A stretch of 32,000 bases of DNA from Candidatus Iainarchaeum sp. (GTDB taxonomy: Archaea > Iainarchaeota > Iainarchaeia > Iainarchaeales > CSSED10-239), in NCBI GenBank assembly GCA_937968065.1, contig CALBUD010000033.1, forward strand, positions 632-32,631, in the 5' to 3' direction. How positions within the stretch are numbered: position 1 is the first letter of the stretch; each line of letters opens with the position of its first letter. Under the pieces are notes generated by a model, which made no database searches, was not told where the DNA came from, and saw only the letters and a program-made list of their open reading frames with translations. Of the stretch, positions 14,855-23,900 are shown piece after piece. The position numbers and the translations under genes are program-made.

Positions 14855-17800
14855 TTATTTAAATTTACTTGGATTGTGCCATAACTTAATTATAGAATCC
14901 TCTATTTTTAAACAAACATTTTCATTATTTATTTGTTCGAAAACATCTTTCATGGTTTTATATGAAATGTTTGGTGACATGTTATTCATTAACACATTGT
15001 ATATTTTAAAGTTGTTATCTACTTCATTTAGGATTGAAAACACACTCATGTTTTTAATATTTGTTATTTGTGGGTTTGAATAGATTGCAAAGTTTGAAGT
15101 TGTATCTTTAAGTAAGAATAAATTCTTACCAGAATAACTTCCAACATCTACATTTCCAGTTGCAGTATTTACAAGCTTACCAGAATAATTTTCATTAAAG
15201 TAGATTGGTCTTGAATCAATGAATCTATAGTTTGCCATATTTTCTAATGTAAAAATATATCCTTTCTGTATCTCTGCCCAATCATTTACAGTGTATGTTG
15301 TTTTAGTATACTCAGGAAGGAAAGGTGCATTTAAAGAATTATTTGTTTGTGCAAACAATGGATTTATTGGATTAAAGAATAAAGGATTTTTAGAATATTC
15401 TTCATCTAAGTCATTTACTTTATCTCCAATCTTTATACTTAAATCATTTCCATTCTTTTTTAAAATAATTAAATATTCTCCTGGAGAAGAAACATTTGTG
15501 TTTTCTGTATAAGTGTAATTATAATCATTAAAAAGACTTCTTGAAGTTTTATAACTTTTTAAAATATTTGTATTATATGGTTCATTAGTATTTGAAAACT
15601 TCTTTAATTTTGAAACAAATAAATTTGGAGAATCTCCAATAAACACTTCCATGTTTAAATAAAACTCTATTTTTTGTGCATTTGTCAAATCATCATACTT
15701 AAAAGTTTCTAAGAAATATTCAACACTCATATAATGATTTCCTCCAAGCATTATTAGTGTATCAGGTATTACAGAAATTCCTGTAACTTTTGTTTTAATA
15801 ATTGTTATCTCTCTTAAATGTTTTGGAACCTTTTCAAGAATATCTTTTGCTTGTTTTATGTATGTTTCAAGTGTCTCTTTTTCATCAAATTCATTACATT
15901 CAACACAAAGATCAAGTACAGCATCTGATTTCTTAATACTTTCACCATCTTTATAAAATAATATTTCTCCAAGTTTTACTTTATCTTGAGTATTTTCTAA
16001 AGAATCTGCTTTCTTTTTTAAATAATCATAGAATTGTTCTTGATCACAATAATATTCTTCACAAGAAGTCTCTGTTATCTTATTTGAATCATATTCAAAT
16101 AATATTTGATCAAATCCTAAAAGTTCATAATTTTCTTTTCCTGTAACTCCATCTTTTGAAGTTAAGGTAGGATCATAACAACTTAGATCTAAAGCTTCAG
16201 TTGTTACTGGTTTTGGAACACTTCCATCATCACAAACCCCTTGAACAGGTGACTTTCCATCATCACAAACTTCTTGTACAGAAACACCTGAAATTGGATT
16301 GGTTTCAATTCTTGTATCCACACCAATCAAAGTATGTCCTTGAAGAACTGATTGTTGAGTGTTTGGATTTATTTGCATAATTGTAAAATTTATTCCTTCT
16401 TTTGTATTTTTATCTTTAAAGAAATCATAAATCTCTAATTTATTATTTTCGCGTCTATCATTATCAATAGTTTCAATTGGTCTTTCAAAACATAATTTAA
16501 AATAATGTTTTTTAATAAACTCAATACTTACCTTTAAAGGAGAAGTATAACTTTCATCAAGATAGAAAAGACCTAAATCTTGTATGTGTGAAGTTTCATT
16601 AATTCCATTTATAGGGAAGTCTTTTACCATACCCATAAAACATCTTTGAGCTGTTTCTTCTAAATCAACTCTTCTAAATTTATTTTTTGTTAAAGCATCT
16701 TCAGGAACTTTAATAAACACAATGTTTCTTCCATCTCTTTGTATTTCTAAATCATATGTTAATTTGACAGAAGTATCCACAAATAATAATTCATCTGCTG
16801 TAAAAATACTATAATTTAAATCTTTTCCTAAAAACTCTTTAATAATCTCCCAGTTATCTCTATTATCTAAGATAAGCCATTGGAAATTATCTTTAAGTTC
16901 CATACCAACATTATGGTAGACTAATGAAGACATACCGTGTGGAGGTTGAAGACCAACTTGCAGCACAAACTTTAAGTTAACCTCATCTTCTACATCTATA
17001 AGCATTCTTCTAAAAGTTGAAATCACTCCTGCTGCAATTGAATTTTGACCATATTTATTCATGTATGCTTTTGCAGAAGAAGTATTTTTAATCTCAGGAT
17101 TTCTTCTTAAAGCTATATCCCATACTTCTATAGGTTTGTTTGTTTGAAGATCTGTTAAATAATCAACCTTTATAGGTTGTATTCTTCCTTGCATATCTCC
17201 AACATTTAAGAAAGAAACACCATCAAAATCAAGTGAAGTTAAATCTAAATAATTAACTTCAACAAGTCTGTATCCTTGATCAAAACAAGTGTTCATAACT
17301 TTTACTAATTGATACTTAGGATCAAAAATATTTGAAAAATCTAATTTTTGTGGAGTTACTTGTATACATTTTGAAGGCATAAAACTTAATGGTAAAGTTA
17401 CATTTACAGGAACCTCTCCAACAAGAGAATAAACATTTTCAGAAGCAAGAGAAGGTTTTGCTGTAACTGGAACTCTAAAAGTTCCCATTTCTTCTGCACC
17501 TGTAACTAAGACTTGTGTGCTTTGATTTGGTTCTAAAGTAAATTCTTTATCTGAAGAGACTACAACTCCATAGTTTTGTTCAAGTTTAATATCAACTGCT
17601 TCTAGACAATTGTTTGTAACTGTAAATGGTCTTACAGGACAGTTCATACTATTTGTAAAACCCATACCTCCATAACCACCTTGCATATAAGGATCCATGA
17701 AGTTATAATAATTATAATTACTATATTGATTTTGGTATTGTGAAGTTGGATAATTATAAGGATAAACAGTTGAAGCTTGTTGTCCAAAATATCCTGTTTG

Positions 17801-20800
17801 TCCAACTAAGTTTTGTTGTGGGAAGTTATATCCTTGTTGTTGTGTCATATATCCTGGAGCATACTGATATTGATTTAATGGATTAAATTGTCTGTTCATG
17901 TTATAACTTTGAGCATAATTTACTCCTCCAAAATATCCACCACTCATTTGTTGATTATAAAGAGCAGGATTTAAGTTTCTATTAAACTGTCCTAAAGCTC
18001 CTTGTCCATAATATTGATCATACATACCCATTCCAGAAAACCAATTACATGCAATAACAGGAACTGGTTGTTGTGGAATATCTATACATTCTGAATAATT
18101 GTTAACTATAATGTTTGTTTTTAAACTTGATTTTATTTCATCAATACCATTCATGTTTCCTTTTAAAGAACTAAAGTGAATGGTTGGAGAAGTAACTGAA
18201 GAAGTTACTTTATGAGCTTTAAACTTTAATGTTGCTGTTGTTTTTGTGTTTCTTGGCATGCTTGGAATTATTATATTTTCTTGTAAGTTTTCAAGAATAT
18301 ATTCTCTATTATTTATAACTAAAGATAAAACACCAGATTCAGTTTTATTTTCCCAATCAACCATTGCAATAATATTTCCTAAGTCAACAGCATTAAGATT
18401 TGAAGAACATTTATTCTCAATTGTAAAATCAATTGTTTTTTCTTCACTTGCAGTTGTTCTTATAGTTGCATCTAAAGGCAATATTTTCAAACAATCAAGA
18501 GAATCAAGAGCGTTTCCTAAAACAACTCTAACAGTTACAGGAATATTTATCATCCAAGTTTTATTTAATTCATCATTTCTAACTCTTACTTGAACAGTTG
18601 TTTTAATTGTTTGTTGTGTATAAAGATTAATTCCTTTTTCAGTTAAGGTTGCAACAAGTTCTACATCTGCTTGTGAATCTCCATTAATAATGTTTTCTGA
18701 AAGGTTTGTGTTTAATGTAACAAACTCATTATTTGTAGTTGTTGAAACTGAAACTATAGATAAAGGAACAGAAGTGTTATTTAAAAGACTAAAATTATAA
18801 ATCTCTCTAACATCTCTTGAAGTATCTAAATTAAGAATTATTTCTTGAGGAACAGGAGTTATAACTTTATCATCTATAACAACAGATGTATCATTCATCC
18901 TATATTCGTTTTTTGTAACTATAATTCTTAAAGTATCATTTAGATCTGGTGCTGGAAGAATAAATCCAAATAATCCTTGAGCATCTGTGTTTCCTGTTGT
19001 TATAACATAATCATTTAATAAAACATTAACATTTGCTTCAGGAACAACAGACCCTTGAGAATCTGTAACTTTTAAAATAACATCATTTGGAAGAAGAGGA
19101 ATTATTTTTCTTGGAAACATTTCAACTTGCATTTCTTTTGCTTCTTTAATATCTATTAATATGCTTTTTGAAAATACTTCTTCTCCATTTGAAATTAAAG
19201 ATATTTTTACAACATCTGAAACATCATCAATCACTCTAAAACTTAAATCTCCTGAAATAAAATCATTTGAAGTTAAAGAACCAATTTCAATTTCTGAAAA
19301 GTCAGTTCCTGTTAAAAGATTTCCTGAAACTGAATTAATACTGTATTCTTGAAGTCTTACAGAGTTTCCTGTTGTTATTGAAAGATAAGAATTTGGAGCG
19401 TTCTTTCCTTCTAAAATATTAAGATTAAATGAAAGTCTATAATCATTATTTATTTGAGCATTATAATTATCAATTATGTTTCTTGTAAGATTTGTTTGTG
19501 TGTTTCTAATACTTACACTATAACATAAAAGAGAAGAACATTGGTTTTGAGAACCTATAAATAAAATTGCTTGTTTTACTTGAGCATACAAAGGTTGTTT
19601 TGTTGAATTTGTTAAAGAATTATCAACAGGTGATCTAAAGATTGTTGAATTTTCAAAAAATTCAGCTCTATAATTTACAAATTGGTTTTGAAGAGCTGTA
19701 TCAAGAACAACTATATCTGCTTCAACTAAATAACTTCCTTCCATAGGGTTATTAATAGTTAAATTAAACCATTTTGCATTTCTTAAAGTCTTGTTTGAAA
19801 AATCAGTTGTTTCTCCAAGACAAGGTGTAAAGGTTTCAGAACCTACAAAACTTGGTTTTGCAAATCTTATTTCTTTTATGAAAAGATTATCTTCTAAAAC
19901 ATTATATGTTGTTGTTGAACAAGCAGGGCTTGGAGCATCACCGGTTCTTATGTGTGCAACTATTTTTGAATATTTTTTACTTGCATTAACAACAAACTTT
20001 GCAGTTACTTGTTGACCTGAAGTTACAGAATTTATTTTTTCTCCTAAAGAATTATAAAAACCTATAAACTCAATTGAAGAGGTGCTTGTTGTTCTTGGAA
20101 GAACAAATTCTAAATTTTTAATTTCTTCTGCTGAGATTTTATATCTTGGTGTTATTAACTTACTATCATAATTATCAATTACAAAATAAACTTCTTTATC
20201 AGCTCTTATTTTTATAAAAGTAAAACCTTCTTGGTTTGTGCTTGTTATTTTATCTTCTAAGATTAAATCATTAGAAGCATCATATACAAAAACATTTCCT
20301 TGATAATTTTCTCCAAAATCTGTTATTAAAGAAATATTAAATGTTCCTTCTCCAATAATCATTTTTATTTTTTGTTCATTTATTTCTTGTGGAACTATTC
20401 TAAATGGATTTGTGTGCTCTGATACAAAGTCTCCTTTAATAGCATCAAGTTTATATGTTTTTTCAGAATCTAGATTTGGAATAACAACTTTACCATAAAC
20501 GTCTGCTGTCATAGTTTTAATAACAATATTTTCTTCAGCATCCCAAAGTCTTACAACAGCAAAATCAATTGGTTTAAAGAAAGCATCTTCAACAGTTACA
20601 AGTAAACTATTTAGATTTTCACTTGTAAGAGGATGTAGAATAACTTGTCTTACAGTATCTGATATTTTTAAATTATTTTCTGTTTTTATAATATAATTTT
20701 CATTATTAAAAATAACTTTATAAGTAATGTTTTCTTCAACACCGAAAGTTACAAGACCTTCTATGTTTGTTTGTAAGGTTTTAACTAATGTGTTTGATTT

Positions 20801-21880
20801 ATATAAACTTACAGAAACATTTGGAATTGCTTCTTTTGAAACATTATCAATAACTTTAAACTTAAGATGTCCGATATATGCTTTTTCAAGAAGAACTTCT
20901 TTTTCTTCTAAAATATTCTCTGTAATTATTATTTGAATATTATCAAGTTCTGTTAATGGTTTATATCTATCATCAAGATCATAAGATAAAACAGTATAAG
21001 TTCCAACTAAAAGATCATTAAAAACAACAACACCATTTGAGTTTGTAACTCCTTCTCTTGCTATTTGTTTTTCTTTATTTAAAATACCAATACTTAAATT
21101 ATTAATTGGTGTTTTTAAATCTTTATCTAAAAATCTTAAAGAAACATTTCCTTTTCTTGATTCTTGGAAACTTAAGTTTACTTCTTTAACAGTATTATCA
21201 TTATCTACTAAAAAAGATTCAGTTGTATTTATTGTTGGAGAATTAATTAATATATTTAAATAACCACAATCTGTTGGAACATCAGATAAAGTTAAAGTTC
21301 CATCATTTGTTATAAGATTTGTTTTTAAATAATTTGAATTTTCAGAACAAGTTATTTCTGAAACTGTTAATGGAGAGGTAAAAAGTTCATTGTTTGATTT
21401 AAAATTAATTGTTTTTGAAAAGAAACCTGTTTTTGATGCTAAATAAACATTATAATTATTTTGAGTATTAAAGTTTACTGATAAAGGAGTTTCTAAAGAA
21501 TATTTATCACTGTTAATTGCAAAGCTTAAAGATTCTTTTTTAACACCAGTAACTGTTGAAATTCCCATCTCATCTGTAACTAATAGTTTTTCTGTATCTC
21601 CAAACATAACTCTTATGGTTTCATTTGGAATTGGATTATTAAAAGAGTCTGTAAATCTTAAGGTATAAGAATCATCTGTTACAGGAGAACTGCCTATAAA
21701 TAGATATACTAAAAATAATATTAATAAAAGAATAATAAGATTAAAAACAAAGAAAGTTGGGATTCCTTTTTTTTCTAAAGGATCAACAATCTTGTATAGA
21801 TTTATACCTTTTTTTTCAAGATTATCTAACCATTTAAAGTATTTTTCTTCTTGTTTATAATAAAAAGATCTAAGTCCCAT
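14855..21880 (-). CDS. Giant N-terminally anchored surface protein, paralog B (about 2341 aa from the ATG), containing a Q/N/Y/G-rich low-complexity loop.
   Basis: The track ORF is 14855..21883. Its first codon (21883..21881) reads TTG and the second (21880..21878) is ATG. From the ATG the protein starts MGLRSFYY, parallel to MGLKKLYY of paralog C, so I prefer 21880. The stop is TAA at 14855. It has a leader, a TM helix (IPTFFVFNLIILLLILFLVYLF), repeats and Cys-bracketed modules like the other giants. Confidence 0.93.
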   Translation of the reverse strand: MGLRSFYYKQEEKYFKWLDNLEKKGINLYKIVDPLEKKGIPTFFVFNLIILLLILFLVYLFIGSSPVTDDSYTLRFTDSFNNPIPNETIRVMFGDTEKLLVTDEMGISTVTGVKKESLSFAINSDKYSLETPLSVNFNTQNNYNVYLASKTGFFSKTINFKSNNELFTSPLTVSEITCSENSNYLKTNLITNDGTLTLSDVPTDCGYLNILINSPTINTTESFLVDNDNTVKEVNLSFQESRKGNVSLRFLDKDLKTPINNLSIGILNKEKQIAREGVTNSNGVVVFNDLLVGTYTVLSYDLDDRYKPLTELDNIQIIITENILEEKEVLLEKAYIGHLKFKVIDNVSKEAIPNVSVSLYKSNTLVKTLQTNIEGLVTFGVEENITYKVIFNNENYIIKTENNLKISDTVRQVILHPLTSENLNSLLVTVEDAFFKPIDFAVVRLWDAEENIVIKTMTADVYGKVVIPNLDSEKTYKLDAIKGDFVSEHTNPFRIVPQEINEQKIKMIIGEGTFNISLITDFGENYQGNVFVYDASNDLILEDKITSTNQEGFTFIKIRADKEVYFVIDNYDSKLITPRYKISAEEIKNLEFVLPRTTSTSSIEFIGFYNSLGEKINSVTSGQQVTAKFVVNASKKYSKIVAHIRTGDAPSPACSTTTYNVLEDNLFIKEIRFAKPSFVGSETFTPCLGETTDFSNKTLRNAKWFNLTINNPMEGSYLVEADIVVLDTALQNQFVNYRAEFFENSTIFRSPVDNSLTNSTKQPLYAQVKQAILFIGSQNQCSSLLCYSVSIRNTQTNLTRNIIDNYNAQINNDYRLSFNLNILEGKNAPNSYLSITTGNSVRLQEYSINSVSGNLLTGTDFSEIEIGSLTSNDFISGDLSFRVIDDVSDVVKISLISNGEEVFSKSILIDIKEAKEMQVEMFPRKIIPLLPNDVILKVTDSQGSVVPEANVNVLLNDYVITTGNTDAQGLFGFILPAPDLNDTLRIIVTKNEYRMNDTSVVIDDKVITPVPQEIILNLDTSRDVREIYNFSLLNNTSVPLSIVSVSTTTNNEFVTLNTNLSENIINGDSQADVELVATLTEKGINLYTQQTIKTTVQVRVRNDELNKTWMINIPVTVRVVLGNALDSLDCLKILPLDATIRTTASEEKTIDFTIENKCSSNLNAVDLGNIIAMVDWENKTESGVLSLVINNREYILENLQENIIIPSMPRNTKTTATLKFKAHKVTSSVTSPTIHFSSLKGNMNGIDEIKSSLKTNIIVNNYSECIDIPQQPVPVIACNWFSGMGMYDQYYGQGALGQFNRNLNPALYNQQMSGGYFGGVNYAQSYNMNRQFNPLNQYQYAPGYMTQQQGYNFPQQNLVGQTGYFGQQASTVYPYNYPTSQYQNQYSNYNYYNFMDPYMQGGYGGMGFTNSMNCPVRPFTVTNNCLEAVDIKLEQNYGVVVSSDKEFTLEPNQSTQVLVTGAEEMGTFRVPVTAKPSLASENVYSLVGEVPVNVTLPLSFMPSKCIQVTPQKLDFSNIFDPKYQLVKVMNTCFDQGYRLVEVNYLDLTSLDFDGVSFLNVGDMQGRIQPIKVDYLTDLQTNKPIEVWDIALRRNPEIKNTSSAKAYMNKYGQNSIAAGVISTFRRMLIDVEDEVNLKFVLQVGLQPPHGMSSLVYHNVGMELKDNFQWLILDNRDNWEIIKEFLGKDLNYSIFTADELLFVDTSVKLTYDLEIQRDGRNIVFIKVPEDALTKNKFRRVDLEETAQRCFMGMVKDFPINGINETSHIQDLGLFYLDESYTSPLKVSIEFIKKHYFKLCFERPIETIDNDRRENNKLEIYDFFKDKNTKEGINFTIMQINPNTQQSVLQGHTLIGVDTRIETNPISGVSVQEVCDDGKSPVQGVCDDGSVPKPVTTEALDLSCYDPTLTSKDGVTGKENYELLGFDQILFEYDSNKITETSCEEYYCDQEQFYDYLKKKADSLENTQDKVKLGEILFYKDGESIKKSDAVLDLCVECNEFDEKETLETYIKQAKDILEKVPKHLREITIIKTKVTGISVIPDTLIMLGGNHYMSVEYFLETFKYDDLTNAQKIEFYLNMEVFIGDSPNLFVSKLKKFSNTNEPYNTNILKSYKTSRSLFNDYNYTYTENTNVSSPGEYLIILKKNGNDLSIKIGDKVNDLDEEYSKNPLFFNPINPLFAQTNNSLNAPFLPEYTKTTYTVNDWAEIQKGYIFTLENMANYRFIDSRPIYFNENYSGKLVNTATGNVDVGSYSGKNLFLLKDTTSNFAIYSNPQITNIKNMSVFSILNEVDNNFKIYNVLMNNMSPNISYKTMKDVFEQINNENVCLKIEDSIIKLWHNPSKFK
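17639..18049 (-). repeat. Q/N/Y/G-rich low-complexity (prion-like composition) loop, 135 residues between two Cys codons, in paralog B.
   Basis: The loop reads C NWFSGMGMYDQYYGQGALGQFNRNLNPALYNQQMSGGYFGGVNYAQSYNMNRQFNPLNQYQYAPGYMTQQQGYNFPQQNLVGQTGYFGQQASTVYPYNYPTSQYQNQYSNYNYYNFMDPYMQGGYGGMGFTNSMN C. Both Cys codons (18049..18047 and 17641..17639) were checked to be in frame. Confidence 0.85.
20095..21675 (-). other. Array of about 6 prealbumin/CarboxypepD_reg-like repeats in paralog B.
   Basis: Examples are GHLKFKVIDNVSKEAIPNVSVSLYKSNTLVKTLQTNIEGLVTFGVEENITYKVIFNNENY and LLVTVEDAFFKPIDFAVVRLWDAEENIVIKTMTADVYGKVVIPNLDSEKTYKLDAIKGDF. Boundaries are approximate. Confidence 0.6.
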
Positions 21881-21896
21881 CAAATCACATTCTCTC

Positions 21897-21906
21897 TTAT
21901 ATATAA
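21897..21906 (-). promoter_or_regulatory. TATA-box-like TTATATATAA at -26..-17 relative to the paralog B ATG. No canonical SD is present, so this is a possible leaderless-type promoter.
   Basis: The minus strand reads ATATTATATATAAGAGAGAATGTGATTTGATG. It lies at the end of a 204-nt AT-rich spacer. Confidence 0.3.
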
Positions 21907-22058
21907 TATATTATAATATTTAACAACATAACCTTTTAAAAACTATCTTTATTTTTTTTATAAAGATAATTGTATATTATATATTTATGTGCTTATATAT
22001 TTAAATACCTTTTCATTAACATTAAAAAGTTAATATTTATAAAAATTCTTGTTTTTTT

Positions 22059-22066
22059 AAAAAAAA
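22059..22066 (-). terminator. T8 tract on the coding strand, 22 nt after the 558-aa gene stop. Terminator candidate.
   Basis: The minus strand reads TGATAATTTAACTTAAAAAAAAGATTTTTTTTAAAAAAAC. Confidence 0.35.
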
Positions 22067-22087
22067 TCTTTTTTTTAAGTTAAATTA

Positions 22088-23764
22088 TCAATTACCATTT
22101 CCAGCAATACAAGCAGCAGGACCTGCTGTTTGTCCTTCATAACTTATACAGCTCCAATTATTATTGTTTAGAAGAGGAGAAGTAATTGTTGTAGAATCTA
22201 AAAAATATGGTTTAAAGTTATTGTTAAAACTATTTACATAACTATTATCATAAAAAGAAAAAGAAGTAAAATTATCTCTTAATTTTATATGAATATCAAC
22301 AGAATCTTCTGAAACTATATATTTTGGATTTTCTTCTGTAAATTTTAATTCTATGTCTAATTGTGAAAGAGTATGACATACAAGATTTGAATTTAAAGGA
22401 TCTGGTGAAATACCAGAAGTTATATCTGAAATAACAGAAGTTTTATTTTCATTATCAATTTTAAGTCCAAGATTTGATGCTTTATTAAAACTATTAGGAT
22501 CAAAAGAAACAGAAGAAATTGAACCTACATTTTTTCCTGTAGCAATAGTGTTTACAACATTTTTTGTAATCTTATTACTTGAAGTTATAGAAACATTATT
22601 TATTTTAAAATCATCTTGTCCAATAGTTCCATTTGTTGTTAATGAATTATTTCCTGCTCCCCCAGAATTAATAATATCATTTCTTCCTTGAAGATTACTT
22701 CTTAAAGTTGTTTCAACAAGATTTTTATAAGTATCTCTAGAATCAAAATCAGATAAATTATAACTAAAAGAAGAACTTAAGTTAACAATTGTTCCTGCTC
22801 TTGAAACATTTATACCAGAACCATTATTTGCAGAAAAGGAAGAAACAACAGGAAGAAGATTACATTCATTTTGAAAACCATCTTTATTTGCAGTTTTAAA
22901 TAAATCTTCTCTAGGTGCACAACTATCAATATCACACACACCTATCTTTGCACTATTTAAAGTATAATGAATATTTGGATTAAAAAAACCTCTTGAGTCT
23001 AATGATCTTCTAATTATAGTTGTTGTTTCTGGTTCTTTTTCAACATCTGCTGTTAAGGAAAAATTTCTTGCAGTTCTTAAAGCTTGAAAACCTCTCCAAG
23101 GAAGATATATTCTATATTCTCTTCTTGCAAAAACAGGTCTTTGCACAACTTCATTATCTCTTAATTTTTCAACAACAACCATTGGAAGTTTTTCATAATC
23201 CTGTGAAGATAAAGTTCTAGTATCTATTGTAAAATAAAGAGAACCTAAACAAATATTATCTTCTCTTTCACATCTAACAACTTCTATTTTTTTATCTCCT
23301 GCAAGATTAAAAGATTCTTTAATAATTCTTGAAAGTTCTGTTCTATCATATTCAGGAATATTTAAAGAATAACCAATCGGTGGATTTGAATATTGTAATG
23401 ACTGTACAAGATTTTGTGCAAAGAAACTCTCAAATTGACTATCAAAAAAAATATCATTTGCAAAATACTCTATAAAATCATCCCAGCTAAGCATCAAATT
23501 ATTTCTTGACACAACAATATGATTACTAGGATCACTTCTATGTGCAGCCCATTTTTCTCTAAAAGAAACAACAAAAATATTAAAAGCATCTGCTCTTGAA
23601 AGATCAGCAATTGTTAAAAGATCTGAATTATTTGATTGATCTTCAATTAATGCTAAATAATTTTCTTCAGTTTGTACCATGTTGTAGATAAAAACTATAG
23701 TTATTGAAACAAGCATTAATGCAATCATTGCTGTAAAAAGATTAAATCCTTTTTGATTAAACAT
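22088..23764 (-). CDS. Type IV pilin-like / class III signal peptide-like protein (558 aa), a large minor-pilin or tip-adhesin candidate.
   Basis: Complete ORF, ATG at 23764..23762 and TGA at 22088 followed immediately in frame by TAA. The N-terminus MFNQKG/FNLFTAMIALMLVSITIVFIYNMV has a short basic leader ending in K-G and then about 23 hydrophobic residues. That is the prepilin peptidase substrate pattern, with Thr rather than Glu at +5. AAGGA lies 9 nt upstream. The C-terminus has a Cys-x12-Cys loop (CISYEGQTAGPAAC). Confidence 0.9.
   Translation of the reverse strand: MFNQKGFNLFTAMIALMLVSITIVFIYNMVQTEENYLALIEDQSNNSDLLTIADLSRADAFNIFVVSFREKWAAHRSDPSNHIVVSRNNLMLSWDDFIEYFANDIFFDSQFESFFAQNLVQSLQYSNPPIGYSLNIPEYDRTELSRIIKESFNLAGDKKIEVVRCEREDNICLGSLYFTIDTRTLSSQDYEKLPMVVVEKLRDNEVVQRPVFARREYRIYLPWRGFQALRTARNFSLTADVEKEPETTTIIRRSLDSRGFFNPNIHYTLNSAKIGVCDIDSCAPREDLFKTANKDGFQNECNLLPVVSSFSANNGSGINVSRAGTIVNLSSSFSYNLSDFDSRDTYKNLVETTLRSNLQGRNDIINSGGAGNNSLTTNGTIGQDDFKINNVSITSSNKITKNVVNTIATGKNVGSISSVSFDPNSFNKASNLGLKIDNENKTSVISDITSGISPDPLNSNLVCHTLSQLDIELKFTEENPKYIVSEDSVDIHIKLRDNFTSFSFYDNSYVNSFNNNFKPYFLDSTTITSPLLNNNNWSCISYEGQTAGPAACIAGNGN
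23678..23764 (-). other. Prepilin-type (class III) signal and N-terminal hydrophobic helix of the 558-aa protein.
   Basis: The leader MFNQKG is followed by FNLFTAMIALMLVSITIVFIYNM. It has a basic residue at -2 and Gly at -1. Confidence 0.6.
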
Positions 23765-23773
23765 TTTTATTTT

Positions 23774-23778
23774 TCCTT
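23774..23778 (-). promoter_or_regulatory. Weaker SD-like AAGGA, 9 nt upstream of the 558-aa gene ATG.
   Basis: The minus strand reads CTTAAAGGAAAAATAAAAATG. Confidence 0.4.
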
Positions 23779-23810
23779 TAAGTTAAATATCTTTAATTTA
23801 AAAATATTAA

Positions 23811-23820
23811 TTATATAGAA
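23811..23820 (-). promoter_or_regulatory. TATA-box-like TTCTATATAA about 47-56 nt upstream of the 558-aa gene ATG.
   Basis: The minus strand reads TTCTATATAATTAATATTTTTAAATTAAAGATATTTAACTTAAAGGAAAAATAAAAATG. This would give a leader of about 25 nt carrying the SD-like motif. Confidence 0.25.
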
Positions 23821-23872
23821 GTAGTTTATATTTTTATAAGTTTCTTTTTTTAATTAAAAAATATTTTTTAAT

Positions 23873-23899
23873 AAAAAATAAAAAAAATTAATAAAAAAA
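23873..23899 (-). terminator. Oligo-T tracts (T7, T8, T6 on the coding strand) directly after the paralog A stop, an archaeal-style intrinsic terminator candidate.
   Basis: The minus strand after TAA reads CTTTTTTTATTAATTTTTTTTATTTTTTATT. No stable hairpin is needed for archaeal termination. Confidence 0.4.
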
Positions 23900-23900
23900 G

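Noticed and set aside
21881-21883. The track start for the 2342-aa ORF (first M).
   Set aside because: The codon at 21883..21881 reads TTG. The next codon is ATG and gives MGLRSFYY, parallel to MGLKKLYY of the neighbouring paralog. I therefore call the start at 21880, although TTG initiation cannot be excluded.
22052-22076. The A8-GA-T8 / T7 palindromic run as a rho-independent hairpin terminator.
   Set aside because: The stem would be pure A-T with a 2-nt loop, which is not a credible stable hairpin. I kept it only as an oligo-T termination candidate.
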